From Rhodobacter capsulatus SB 1003 (GTDB lineage: Bacteria; Pseudomonadota; Alphaproteobacteria; Rhodobacterales; Rhodobacteraceae): a stretch of DNA of 32,000 nucleotides. Below, piece after piece: positions 15,468-23,596 of this stretch. The DNA lies in contig NC_014034.1 of NCBI RefSeq assembly GCF_000021865.1, forward strand, positions 3,450,001 through 3,482,000, written 5' to 3'. The first letter of the stretch is position 1; every line of letters starts with the position of its first letter. Made by a program: the position numbers and the translations under genes. The notes below the pieces were generated by a model that ran no database searches, had not been told where the DNA came from, and worked only from the letters and a program-made list of their open reading frames with translations.

Positions 15468-15483
15468 AGCAAGAACCGTGCCA
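15468..15483 (-). promoter_or_regulatory. sigma54 (-24/-12) promoter of nifB
   Basis: The minus strand reads TGGCAC GGTTC TTGCT. The predicted transcription start is about 30 nt upstream of the nifB ATG. Confidence 0.85.
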
Positions 15484-15521
15484 GGCCCGCGGCGGGGCGA
15501 TTGGCACAAAACCTGCGCTTT

Positions 15522-15537
15522 TGTCGGGAATGCGACA
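15522..15537. promoter_or_regulatory. NifA-type upstream activator sequence TGT-N10-ACA for nifB
   Basis: TGTCGGGAATGCGACA is a perfect TGT-N10-ACA. It lies about 40-55 bp upstream of the -24 element. Confidence 0.65.
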
Positions 15538-15543
15538 GGCGCG

Positions 15544-15571
15544 CAAACAAAAACCCCGGCCGAAGCCGGGG
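15544..15571 (-). terminator. Rho-independent terminator of nifA
   Basis: The minus strand reads CCCCGGC TTCG GCCGGGG followed by TTTTTGTTTG. It begins 24 nt after the nifA stop. Confidence 0.7.
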
Positions 15572-15594
15572 TCCGTCGCGTCTTCCAAGCGCCC

Positions 15595-17334
15595 TCAGAT
15601 CTTGCGCAGCTCGATCTCGAATTTCTGCAGCGCATAGGCGATCTGGCGCGGGGTCATGCCCAAAAGCCGCGCCGCCTTCGCCTGCACCCAACCCGCGCTT
15701 TCGAGCGCCCGCAGCAGCTCTTCGCGGCTCAGCTGCGCGGTCTTGGTGCGCAGCGGCACCTCCTCGCGCGGCGGCGCTTCGGGCGCGGGCTCGGGCGCAG
15801 GGGCGGGTTCGGGCGGCGGCGCGCTCACCCGGACCGTCGGCGTGATCACCCGCCCCACCGCCAGCCCGCCGATCGGCGAGGTGCCGTCCTGCAGCCGGAA
15901 CAGTTCCGCCGAAAGGCAGGCCCCCTGCCGACAGGCCAGTTCCTCGGCCAGAACGATCGCCCCATCCGAAAGCGCCGCGGCCCGGTTCACGCAGTTTTCC
16001 AGCTCGCGCACATTGCCCGGAAACTGGCAGCGGCAGATCTGGTCAAAGGCATCGGCGGCGAATTTGACATTGGTGGCGTTCTGCTTGTTGAACCGGTCCA
16101 GGAACAGCTGCGCGAGCGGCTTGATGTCGCTCTTGCGGTTGCGCAAGGGCGGCAGCACGATCGGCACGACGCAGATGCGGAAATAAAGATCGGCGCGGAA
16201 CTGGCCCCGCGCGACGGCGTCTTCCAGGTCGCGGTTCGTCGCGGCGACGATGCGGGTATCGACCTTGATCGTCTTCGCGCCGCCGACGCGCTCGAACTCG
16301 CCCTCCTGCAGCACGCGCAGCAGTTTCGACTGAAAGGCCGGGCTGATCTCGCCGATCTCGTCCAGAAACAGCGTGCCGCCATCGGCCAGTTCGAACCGGC
16401 CCTTTTTCAGCGCGGTGGCGCCGGTGAAGGCGCCTTTCTCATGGCCGAAAAGTTCCGATTCCAGAAGGGTTTCCGAAAGCGCGGCGCAGTTGACGCGGAT
16501 GAACGGGCCTTTCGCGCGGGGGCTTTGGGCGTGCACGGCGCGGGCGAACAATTCCTTGCCGGTGCCGCTTTCGCCGCGCAGCAAAACCGGCATCCGGGTG
16601 GAGGCGACGCGCTTGATCTGCGCCACCACCTCGGCGATGGCGGGGCTGGAGCCGACGATGCCATCGAGGCTGACCGGCGCCGCCGGGCCGCGCTGTTCGG
16701 TGACGGTCTGCAGCATGCGGCGGGTGTCTTCGAGCGCGCGTTCGCGGTCGCGCGCGATGCGGCGGCGAAAGCGCAGCGCCTGTTCGAGGAGCGAGGCGAC
16801 CATCGTCAGCACCCGCACATCGGCATCGGAAAAGCCCGACCGGTTGTGGTCATGGCTGCGATAGGCGGCCAGGACGCCGAGGACGAAATGGCTGCGTTCG
16901 GGGTCGCGCAGCGGCACGGCGATCAGCGTCTGGCCCGCGTCGCGCAGCCGTTTCGGCACCGCCTCGGCGCCGAATTCGGCGGCCAGATCAAAGCTGACGA
17001 AAGGCACGCCGGAGCGAAAGACGATCCGCGCCACGGCATCGGGCAGCACATCCGCGGCGGGGGCCTCGGGGCTGCGCTGAAAGGCCGTCGCGGCGATGAC
17101 ATAGGGGTTCACCCCCGCGCCCTCGCCCGGCTCGGCCAGAAGCGCCAGCACCCCATGGCGCAGATCGAGGAAAGACGACAGCACGTTGAAGATCTGCGGC
17201 ACCTCCGCCACCGGATCCGGCGCCGCCGCAAAGGTCTTCGCGATCTCGTAAAGCGCATCCAAGGCAAGGCGGTCGGCGATCGACTGCGTCGAGCGACGCC
17301 GCGGCGAGGCGGGGCGGGATTGTTGATCGGTCAT
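15595..17334 (-). CDS. nifA: NifA, sigma54-dependent nif-specific transcriptional activator
   Basis: 579 aa. N-terminal GAF-like region. AAA+ core with GESGTGKE and the GAFTGA loop (HEKGAFTGA). Cys-containing interdomain linker (ENCVNRAA...LACRQGAC). C-terminal [22 protein letters not shown]. Confidence 0.95.
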   Translation of the reverse strand: MTDQQSRPASPRRRSTQSIADRLALDALYEIAKTFAAAPDPVAEVPQIFNVLSSFLDLRHGVLALLAEPGEGAGVNPYVIAATAFQRSPEAPAADVLPDAVARIVFRSGVPFVSFDLAAEFGAEAVPKRLRDAGQTLIAVPLRDPERSHFVLGVLAAYRSHDHNRSGFSDADVRVLTMVASLLEQALRFRRRIARDRERALEDTRRMLQTVTEQRGPAAPVSLDGIVGSSPAIAEVVAQIKRVASTRMPVLLRGESGTGKELFARAVHAQSPRAKGPFIRVNCAALSETLLESELFGHEKGAFTGATALKKGRFELADGGTLFLDEIGEISPAFQSKLLRVLQEGEFERVGGAKTIKVDTRIVAATNRDLEDAVARGQFRADLYFRICVVPIVLPPLRNRKSDIKPLAQLFLDRFNKQNATNVKFAADAFDQICRCQFPGNVRELENCVNRAAALSDGAIVLAEELACRQGACLSAELFRLQDGTSPIGGLAVGRVITPTVRVSAPPPEPAPAPEPAPEAPPREEVPLRTKTAQLSREELLRALESAGWVQAKAARLLGMTPRQIAYALQKFEIELRKI

Positions 17335-17533
17335 GCAGTCACCCCCTCACAGGAAGGAATTTCCGCGGCGGATGACCCGGGGCAAGGGACTCGGGCGGCA
17401 GCCGCTGCAGTCGGGACTTCTGCACTGACCATAGGGCATGGGCGAAAAAAGGCACGTCTTCCGACGCGTCCGGCAGGCAAGTTCGGTTCATTTTTGCAAG
17501 GTCACCGGGTCGATTGCGCAATTATGCGGCGAA

Positions 17534-17550
17534 CCGGCCCCGGGGGCCGG
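17534..17550 (-). terminator. GC hairpin 24 nt downstream of nifW (weak terminator candidate)
   Basis: CCGGCCCC/GGGGGCCGG inverted repeat. The minus strand has TTTT before the hairpin, not after it, so it is not a canonical intrinsic terminator. Confidence 0.3.
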
Positions 17551-17573
17551 AAAATCTGGCAGATTGCAGGCGG

Positions 17574-17912
17574 TCAGGATTTGATCACTTTCAGCGTTTC
17601 AAGGCCGACGAAGCGGGCTTTGCGTTTCGCGGCCTCGGTTTCGAAGACCTTGAAGACCTTTTCCTTGAGCGGCGTCGAGGCGACGAAATCGGCCTGCGCC
17701 CGCAGCAGCGCATCGCGCGCGCGCTCAAAGATCCCGTCTTCGGTCAGGCCGGTCATGTCGGTCTCGCGCAGATAGGCGCCGAAGCGCTTCATGATGTGCA
17801 GCCGGGACGAGTTCAGCACCTCGCGGATCGGCTCGACGCCCAGGAAGGCGAAGATTTCCTCGGCCGAGGACAGTTTCGTCAACGCCGCAAGCGTGGGGCT
17901 TTCGGGGGTCAT
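17574..17912 (-). CDS. nifW: NifW
   Basis: NifW-like LSSAEEIFAFLGVEPIREVLNSSRLHIMKRFGAYL. Start set at ATG 17912, which is preceded by AAGGAGA with 5-nt spacing. The alternative ATG at 17927 has no RBS. Confidence 0.85.
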   Translation of the reverse strand: MTPESPTLAALTKLSSAEEIFAFLGVEPIREVLNSSRLHIMKRFGAYLRETDMTGLTEDGIFERARDALLRAQADFVASTPLKEKVFKVFETEAAKRKARFVGLETLKVIKS

Positions 17913-17941
17913 CTGGGTCTCCTTCATTCACGTTCGGGCAA

Positions 17942-19087
17942 TCAGGTTCGGGGCGACGGGCGGGCGAGCCGCGCCACCATGCGGCGCAGATCCCCGGCCT
18001 CGACGGGGCGTTTCACCCGCACGGCATGGGCGCGCAACAGCGGCTTCAGCCGGTCGAGCACGGCATCGTCGGCGGGCAGGCCCGCCTCCAGCAGGGCGGC
18101 GCGCAGACCGGCGCTGCCCGAATGCTTGCCGATCACGATCTGCCGTTCGCGGCCAAAGCGGGCGGGGGCGCAGCGCGGGTCTTCGTAGGTGTCGGCGCGT
18201 TTGAGGATCGCATCGACATGGATGCCGGATTCATGCGCAAAGACCATCGCCCCGGTGATCGGCTTTTGTGGCGGCAGCGCCCGGCCCGAGGCCTTGGCGA
18301 CGACGGCGGAAAGTTCGGGCAGCGCGCAAAGATCAAGCCCGGTGTCGATCCCCCCGGCTTCCAGCGCGGCGCCGACCTCTTCCAGCGCGGCATTGCCCGC
18401 GCGTTCGCCCAGCCCGTTCACCGTGACCGACAGATGCGTCGCCCCGGCATGGGCGGCCATGATCGTATTCGCCGTCGCCATGCCGAAATCATTGTGGGCA
18501 TGCATCTCGATCGGCAGGGAGATCCGCGCCGAAAGCTCGGCCACAAGCCGAAACGCGCCCAGCGGATCCAGCAAGCCAAGCGTGTCGGCGATGCGGAACC
18601 GGATGGCGCCCGCGGCGGCGGCGACCTCGGCCAGACGGATCAGGAAGTCGGGATCGGTGCGGCTGGCATCCTCGGCGCCGACCGAGACCTGCAGGCCGCG
18701 ATCACTGGCGCAAAAGACCAAAGCCGCGGTCTCGCGCAAGATCCAGTCGCGATCGACGCGCAGCTTGCCCTCCAGCTGCGCGGTGGAGGTGGGCACCGCG
18801 AAATGCACCCGCTTGACCCCGGTTTTCTGCGCCATGTCCAGATCATGCATCCGCAGCCGACACCAGACGACAGGCGTCGCATGGGCGATTTCGGCGACGA
18901 CGGCGCGGATTTCGGCGACCTCGGCCCAGCCCATCGCGGCGATGCCGACCTCGATCTCCGCCACGCCCGCCCGGTCCAGCGCCCGGGCGATGGCCTTCTT
19001 TTCGGCCAAGGAAAAGGCCACCCCGGCGGTCTGTTCGCCGTCGCGCAGGGTGGTGTCGCAAAGCGCAAGCGTCCGGTCGGGTGTCAT
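17942..19087 (-). CDS. nifV: NifV homocitrate synthase
   Basis: 381 aa with N-terminal [17 protein letters not shown] and [13 protein letters not shown] motifs of the HMGL-like/homocitrate synthase family. RBS GGGGAAAGAGG. Confidence 0.95.
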   Translation of the reverse strand: MTPDRTLALCDTTLRDGEQTAGVAFSLAEKKAIARALDRAGVAEIEVGIAAMGWAEVAEIRAVVAEIAHATPVVWCRLRMHDLDMAQKTGVKRVHFAVPTSTAQLEGKLRVDRDWILRETAALVFCASDRGLQVSVGAEDASRTDPDFLIRLAEVAAAAGAIRFRIADTLGLLDPLGAFRLVAELSARISLPIEMHAHNDFGMATANTIMAAHAGATHLSVTVNGLGERAGNAALEEVGAALEAGGIDTGLDLCALPELSAVVAKASGRALPPQKPITGAMVFAHESGIHVDAILKRADTYEDPRCAPARFGRERQIVIGKHSGSAGLRAALLEAGLPADDAVLDRLKPLLRAHAVRVKRPVEAGDLRRMVARLARPSPRT

Positions 19088-19098
19088 CCTCTTTCCCC

Positions 19099-20259
19099 TC
19101 AGGCGGTTACGGGAACGGGGCGCAGCTCGGCCAGGATCTCGGGCAGGATGGCCAGCACGCGGGACAGTTCGGCGGCGGTGGTGTCGGCGGAAAGCGAGAA
19201 CCGCACGACGCCATGCGCCGCGGTAAAGGGCACGGCCATGGCGCGGGTGACATGGCTGGGTTCCATCGCGCCCGAGGCACAGGCCGAGCCGGTCGAAATG
19301 GCGATGCCCGCCCGGGCGAGTTTCGTCAGCACCGCCTCGCTGTCGATGCGGTCAAAGGCGAGGGTGCAGGTATTGGCCAGCCGGTTGGCGGGATCGCCCA
19401 GCCGCTGACAGCCGCCCAAGGCCAGGATTCCGGATTCCAGCCAGTCGCGCAGCGTCGCGATGCGCGAAAGATCGGCCGCCATCCGCGCCGCGACGATCTC
19501 GGCCGCCAGGCCCATGCCGACCAGCGCGGGTACGTTTTCGGTGCCTGCCCGGCGGCCGCGTTCCTGCTTGCCGCCGCGCAGAAGCGGGCGAAAGGCCACG
19601 CCCTTGCGCAGGTACAGCGCCCCTACCCCCTTCGGCCCGTGGAACTTGTGACCCGAAAGCGACAGCATGTCGATTTCGGTATCCGCAAGCGACATCGGCA
19701 GCTTGCCCACCGCCTGCACGGCATCGGTGTGAAACAGCGCCCCCGCCGCATGGGCCTCGGCGGCGAGCTGCGGCACCGGAAAGATCGTGCCGGTTTCGTT
19801 GTTCGCCCACATGATCGAGGCAACGGCCACCCGGTCCGACAGCGCCGCCCGATAGGCCGCAAGGTCCAGCCGCCCCAGATGATCGACCGGAATGCGATGC
19901 ACCCGCACGCCCTCGGTCTTTTCCAGATCGGCGGCCAGCATCAGGATGGCCGGATGTTCGACGGCGGAAATGATGATCTCGCGCCGCCCGTCCTGCACCG
20001 CCAGCGCCGAGCGGATCGCGGTGGTATTCGCCTCGGTCCCGCCCGAGGTGAAGAGGATCTCCTGTTCCGAGGCGGCGCCGATCAGCGCGGCGACGGCAAG
20101 CCTTGCCTTGCGCAGCCCCAGCCCCGCCTGCGCCCCGAAGCCATGGCCCGAGGAGGCATTGCCGAAATGCTCGGTGAAATAGGGCAGCATCGCCGCCACG
20201 ACCTCGGGGAAAACCCGGGTGGTGGCGTTGTTGTCAAGGTAGATGGCGGGCTGGGTCAT
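19099..20259 (-). CDS. nifS: NifS cysteine desulfurase
   Basis: 386 aa. PLP-Lys region [17 protein letters not shown] and active-site Cys loop STGSACASG. The start lies 2 nt after the nifU stop (TGACCATG). Confidence 0.95.
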   Translation of the reverse strand: MTQPAIYLDNNATTRVFPEVVAAMLPYFTEHFGNASSGHGFGAQAGLGLRKARLAVAALIGAASEQEILFTSGGTEANTTAIRSALAVQDGRREIIISAVEHPAILMLAADLEKTEGVRVHRIPVDHLGRLDLAAYRAALSDRVAVASIMWANNETGTIFPVPQLAAEAHAAGALFHTDAVQAVGKLPMSLADTEIDMLSLSGHKFHGPKGVGALYLRKGVAFRPLLRGGKQERGRRAGTENVPALVGMGLAAEIVAARMAADLSRIATLRDWLESGILALGGCQRLGDPANRLANTCTLAFDRIDSEAVLTKLARAGIAISTGSACASGAMEPSHVTRAMAVPFTAAHGVVRFSLSADTTAAELSRVLAILPEILAELRPVPVTA

Positions 20260-20261
20260 GG

Positions 20262-20669
20262 TCAGTGCCGGATGTCGGGGATGACGCGGAAGGGGCGGCC
20301 AAGGACGTCGGTGATGCGCTTTTGCACGCCGTACAGGGTTTGCCCCGCCAGCATGCAGCCCGCACAGGCGCCCGACAGATGCACGATCACCTTGGCGCCC
20401 TCGACCCGCACCAGTTCGATATCGCCGCCGTCGCGGCGGAAGGTCGGGCGCATTTCGTCGATCAGGGCGCGGATGCGGGTCACCTCGTCGTCAGCGGCGG
20501 CGGCGGCATCCGTCGCCGCTTCGGGGGTGTCCGCCTGCGCGAGCTTGGCGAAGCGGTCGCGCAGCGCGCTGGCATCGGGGGCGGCCTGCCCGGCGGCCCG
20601 ACGCGCGGCCGCGGCGGCGGCGGGCGGCGGCGCGGGCGATTTCGTGTCGTCGTCTTGCATGTCGCGCAT
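20262..20669 (-). CDS. nifU: Short NifU: Nfu-type C-terminal domain only, preceded by an Ala/Pro-rich low-complexity region
   Basis: 135 aa from ATG 20669, with RBS GAGGGGAAAG overlapping the iscA stop. C-terminal segment MRPTFRRDGGDIELVRVEGAKVIVHLSGACAGC (CxxC). No IscU-like N-terminal domain and no central 2Fe-2S domain. Confidence 0.8.
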   Translation of the reverse strand: MRDMQDDDTKSPAPPPAAAAAARRAAGQAAPDASALRDRFAKLAQADTPEAATDAAAAADDEVTRIRALIDEMRPTFRRDGGDIELVRVEGAKVIVHLSGACAGCMLAGQTLYGVQKRITDVLGRPFRVIPDIRH

Positions 20670-20679
20670 CGCTTTCCCC

Positions 20680-21000
20680 TCAGCAGAAGGATTTGCCGCA
20701 GCCGCAGGCGCTTTTGGCGTTGGGGTTGTCAAAGGTGAACCCGGCGCCTTCCAGGTTGCTGACGAAGTCGATCTTCGTGCCCTCGATATGTTCGCGGGTC
20801 AGCGGGTCGATCAGCACGGTGACCTCGCCAAAGGTCAGGCTGGCATCGTCGGGCTGGGCTTCCAGCTCCAGCGCCATGCCGTATTTCAGCCCGGCGCAAC
20901 CGCCTGCCTGCACCATCAGGCGCAGCCCGGCAACGGGTTGACCGGCGCCCTCGATGGCGGCCTTGATCGCTTCCTGGGCGGGTTGGGTGATCTCGATCAT
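20680..21000 (-). CDS. iscA: HesB/IscA-type A-type Fe-S carrier (nif-IscA, orf6 position)
   Basis: 106 aa with LRLMVQAGGCAGLKY and the C-terminal CGCGKSF motif. Confidence 0.9.
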   Translation of the reverse strand: MIEITQPAQEAIKAAIEGAGQPVAGLRLMVQAGGCAGLKYGMALELEAQPDDASLTFGEVTVLIDPLTREHIEGTKIDFVSNLEGAGFTFDNPNAKSACGCGKSFC

Positions 21001-21035
21001 GACGCTCTCCCCTGTGATGCGTTCATCAGGGATGC

Positions 21036-21051
21036 AGCAAGAAGCGTGCCA
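21036..21051 (-). promoter_or_regulatory. sigma54 promoter of the iscA-nifUSVW operon
   Basis: The minus strand reads TGGCAC GCTTC TTGCT. The predicted start is about 25 nt upstream of ATG 21000. Confidence 0.85.
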
Positions 21052-21166
21052 ACCATGCGGGCGGGGGAAAGCAAGCTTCGGGCCGGGCGCGGTGACGCGG
21101 ATGCAAGTTTCGGGCCGACATTGAGGGATTTGCGACAGAGCCCGGGGGGGATTGTCGCATCGCGGT

Positions 21167-21616
21167 TCAGTCGTCCTCTCCGGCCTCGACGCGGGCCAGA
21201 AGCCAGGCGCCGCCGAAACGGTCGGTCGGGTCCAGCGCGGCTGCCTTGGCCAGCACCTGCCGGGCCAGATCGCGCTGCCCGGAACGCGCGGCGGAATAGC
21301 CCAGCCCGATCAGCGCCTGCAGATAAAGCCCGGGGGCAAAGTCATGCGCGGTGAAATCGGCGTCTTCGGGGCGCACCAGCGCGGGATCGGGCGGCAGGTT
21401 CAGCCGCAGCGCCGCCAGCCGCAAGACCGCCTTTGCCTGCGGCACGGCGGCGGCGTAATCATGGGTGAAGAAGTAAAAGCGATAGGCCGCCAGCCGGACC
21501 TCCAGATCCTCGGGCGCAGTTTCCAGCGCGCGGGCGATCACCCCGGCGCAGGCGGCGGTGTCGGACCGGGCGCCCTCGGCCCCGGCCAGAAGCCGGGCCG
21601 GATCAATCGGGGGCAA
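21167..21616 (-). CDS. Hypothetical TPR-like helical-repeat protein downstream of nifQ (start uncertain)
   Basis: Strong GC3 bias in this frame. Helical-repeat-like sequence: AAYRFYFFTHDYAAAVPQAKAVLRLAA...GLYLQALIGLGYSAARSGQRDLARQVLAKAAALDP. The only ATG (21730) lies 128 nt inside nifQ. Alternative starts are TTG 21616 and GTG 21541. Confidence 0.45.
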   Translation of the reverse strand: MPPIDPARLLAGAEGARSDTAACAGVIARALETAPEDLEVRLAAYRFYFFTHDYAAAVPQAKAVLRLAALRLNLPPDPALVRPEDADFTAHDFAPGLYLQALIGLGYSAARSGQRDLARQVLAKAAALDPTDRFGGAWLLARVEAGEDD

Positions 21617-22145
21617 AGCAGGCGGCCCGTTCGTCGCAATCGTCGCAAGAGGGCGAAAGGCACAGCGAAAACGCCGCGTCCGAACAGATCTGCCGGTAAA
21701 AGAACTTTTTCCAACGCATGTTGCGGGCATTGGCCGCCGCCAGACCGGGCAGGAAATGCGCGATCATCCCGCTCAGCCAGGGCCGCGACGGCAGGCCCAG
21801 ATCTTCCCACAGATGCCGCGTCTCCATCGACCGCCGCGCCAGGATCGCGGCCAGCCAGCGCGCTTCGGGCGTGGCAACCCCCGCCCGCCACAGGATCAGC
21901 GTCTCGATCGCCTGCTGGTCGGGCCCCGCTTCGGGGCGGGGCAGGTCCAGATCGGGCAGCTCAAGGCCCGGCGCGAAGCGATCGCGCAGGGCCGCCAGAT
22001 CGGCGCCCGACAGGCCCAGCCGCGCCGTCAGCGGCCCCAGCCCCGCAGCGCATTCGCGCAGACCCTGGGCCAGGATGAAGCCGAGGGCCTCGGCCGGGAT
22101 CACCGGCCCCGGGCCTGTCGCGAAAGGATCAGGAAAGTGCAGCAT
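21603..22145 (-). CDS. nifQ: NifQ (molybdenum processing for FeMo-co)
   Basis: 180 aa. C-terminal Cys cluster CLSPSCDDCDERAAC and the conserved RHLWEDLGL region. The start overlaps the fdxB 3' end by 17 nt. Confidence 0.85.
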   Translation of the reverse strand: MLHFPDPFATGPGPVIPAEALGFILAQGLRECAAGLGPLTARLGLSGADLAALRDRFAPGLELPDLDLPRPEAGPDQQAIETLILWRAGVATPEARWLAAILARRSMETRHLWEDLGLPSRPWLSGMIAHFLPGLAAANARNMRWKKFFYRQICSDAAFSLCLSPSCDDCDERAACFAPD

Positions 22146-22437
22146 GGGTCTGGCATTCAGAGGGGCAGACCCGGGCGCAGGCGCCGCAGCCGATACAATT
22201 CTCGGCCCCGGTCAATGCCATGACCTTCTTGACGATCTCGTCCTCGACCTCGTCCCATTCATCGGTTCCGGGGGCAACGACCTGACCATCTTCGGTCAGC
22301 CCGTGCAGGCTCATCACGTCGCGCCCGCAGACCTTGAAGCAGCGGCCGCAGCCGATGCATTTCTGCTCGTCGATCTTCATCAGGTAAACGGGCGTGTATT
22401 CCGCCCCGCCACGGGTATAGGCAACAGTCGGCATCAT
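22129..22437 (-). CDS. fdxB: FdxB, nif-associated 2[4Fe-4S] ferredoxin III
   Basis: 102 aa with two CxxCxxCxxxC(P) motifs (CIGCGRCFKVC, CIGCGACARVCP). RBS AAGGA. Confidence 0.9.
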   Translation of the reverse strand: MMPTVAYTRGGAEYTPVYLMKIDEQKCIGCGRCFKVCGRDVMSLHGLTEDGQVVAPGTDEWDEVEDEIVKKVMALTGAENCIGCGACARVCPSECQTHAALS

Positions 22438-22447
22438 TTCGTCCTTG

Positions 22448-22645
22448 TCATGCTTGCTTGGCGGCTTTGAGCGCCTTGCGGGCTTCGTCCAGATCCTTGA
22501 AAATCTGATAGGTCGTCGCGGCCACTTCGGGGATCTTCTGCCAGTCGGTCGGCAGCTCCTCGGACAGGTCGTGCAGGTTCATCTTGGCATCGGTCGCGCG
22601 CAGCGACAGCTTCTTCACCCGGGCTTCGAGTTCTTCGAGCGTCAT
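22448..22645 (-). CDS. Small nif-cluster protein of unknown function (DUF683-like)
   Basis: 65 aa from ATG 22645, 1 nt after the preceding stop. Sequence MTLEELEARVKKLSLRATDAKMNLHDLSEELPTDW... is a helical small protein in the usual position between the DUF269 gene and fdxB. Confidence 0.65.
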   Translation of the reverse strand: MTLEELEARVKKLSLRATDAKMNLHDLSEELPTDWQKIPEVAATTYQIFKDLDEARKALKAAKQA

Positions 22646-22646
22646 C

Positions 22647-23117
22647 TCAGGCCCTCGCCGCTTCGGGGAATTCGTTGATCGTGGCGACGGCGCTTTCGAC
22701 CAGCTTCTCGCCCGCCTCGGCCAGTTTCGCCCAGGTTTCAAAGCCGAAACGGTGCACGTCGCGCAGGTGTTTCGACACGACGACCAGCTTGCCCGCGATC
22801 AGGACGACGCGGCCGAAGCCCTCGTGGTGCATCTTCTGCATCTGGCTCGCCATGCAGCCGGTGCGCTTTTCGACCAGAAGCCCGATCGCGTCATAGAATT
22901 TCGTCATCCGCCAGATCAGCTCCGGGTCCGGGTCGCCGATGATCGGCATCGACCGGCGTTCCTCGGCGGTGACGATGAATTCGCGCAGGATTTCCGAATT
23001 CGTCTTGTCGTCCCACAGCCCGTGGCTGTCCTCGGCGCGGATCACCGCAACAAGTTGTGCCAGAAACGGGCTCTCCACCATCTCGCCGCCGCGGGCGGCA
23101 TCCAGCGTCATCGTCAT
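22647..23117 (-). CDS. NifX-associated nitrogen fixation protein (DUF269; orf4 position)
   Basis: 156 aa, FLAQLVAVIRAEDSHGLWDDKTN...MHHEGFGRVVLIAGKLVV. The start codon shares one nucleotide with the nifX stop (TGATG). Confidence 0.85.
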   Translation of the reverse strand: MTMTLDAARGGEMVESPFLAQLVAVIRAEDSHGLWDDKTNSEILREFIVTAEERRSMPIIGDPDPELIWRMTKFYDAIGLLVEKRTGCMASQMQKMHHEGFGRVVLIAGKLVVVSKHLRDVHRFGFETWAKLAEAGEKLVESAVATINEFPEAARA

Positions 23118-23596
23118 CAGACCTCTTCCTCTTCGAAATCGGCGGTGAAATCGGGTTTTTCCCAGGTGCCCAGAACCTTGCGCAGGAAGGGCGGCGGGGT
23201 GCCGTTCAGCATCACCTGCACCTGCTCGATCACCGCCGAAATCGGCTCGGGTTCCTTGCGCTTGATCGGATGCATCCCCGCCCGCACCATCCGCGCGGCA
23301 GACGGCCCGCCGACGGCCAGGGCAAAGACCAGCGTGCAGCCCGAAAGCGCCTCGAGCTTCGGGCCGATGCGGTCCTCCAGCTCGTCATGGCGGCCCTTCT
23401 GGTCGGTGGCCGAGGAAAACTGATGCACCTCGACGAAACGGGCGCCGGTCTTCCAGACCTCGTAAACCGCGATCTGCCGGGCCGAGCCGAAATGCGCGTC
23501 AAGATTTTCCAGATCGTTCGAGGCGATGGCGACGCGCAGCGGCTTTTCACCGGGGGCGGGGCCTGCCGGCTCAACAAGGCGCAGGGTGCGGGACAT
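23117..23596 (-). CDS. nifX: NifX (FeMo-cofactor precursor carrier)
   Basis: 159 aa from ATG 23596, RBS AGGAG at 6-nt spacing. LRVAIASNDLENLDAHFGSARQIAVYEV is a dinitrogenase FeMo-co biosynthesis domain. Overlaps the nifN 3' end by 26 nt. Confidence 0.9.
   Translation of the reverse strand: MSRTLRLVEPAGPAPGEKPLRVAIASNDLENLDAHFGSARQIAVYEVWKTGARFVEVHQFSSATDQKGRHDELEDRIGPKLEALSGCTLVFALAVGGPSAARMVRAGMHPIKRKEPEPISAVIEQVQVMLNGTPPPFLRKVLGTWEKPDFTADFEEEEV

Noticed and set aside
15502-15517. A plus-strand sigma54-like element, TGGCACaaaacCTGCg, between the nifB promoter and the nifA terminator. It points into the 3' end of nifA and could be an antisense promoter.
   Set aside because: The GG-N10-GC spacing is correct, but the -12 region is CTGCG rather than TTGCW. 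The only enhancer nearby would lie downstream of the start. No plus-strand feature follows. A chance TGGCAC with a partial -12 match is plausible in 64 kb of two-strand GC-rich sequence. It is only worth revisiting if antisense reads appear in RNA-seq.
17557-17568. TGGCAGATTGCA just downstream of nifW, which superficially resembles a -24/-12 promoter.
   Set aside because: GG and GC are separated by 6 nt instead of 10, and the element is on the plus strand, where no gene follows.
13948-17775. A 1275-aa plus-strand ORF spanning the nifB and nifA region. Similar long ORFs occur at 1687-3357(-), 3436-4899(+), 7985-10273(+), 10316-11653(+), 12561-13943(+), 19081-21354(+), 23526-25265(+), 24880-26553(+) and 29095-30636(+).
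   Set aside because: All are antisense or out-of-frame shadows of genes with clear, motif-bearing products. Their translations are Arg/Gly/Pro/Ala-rich low-complexity strings with no recognisable domains, which is the usual artefact of stop-codon-poor high-GC DNA.
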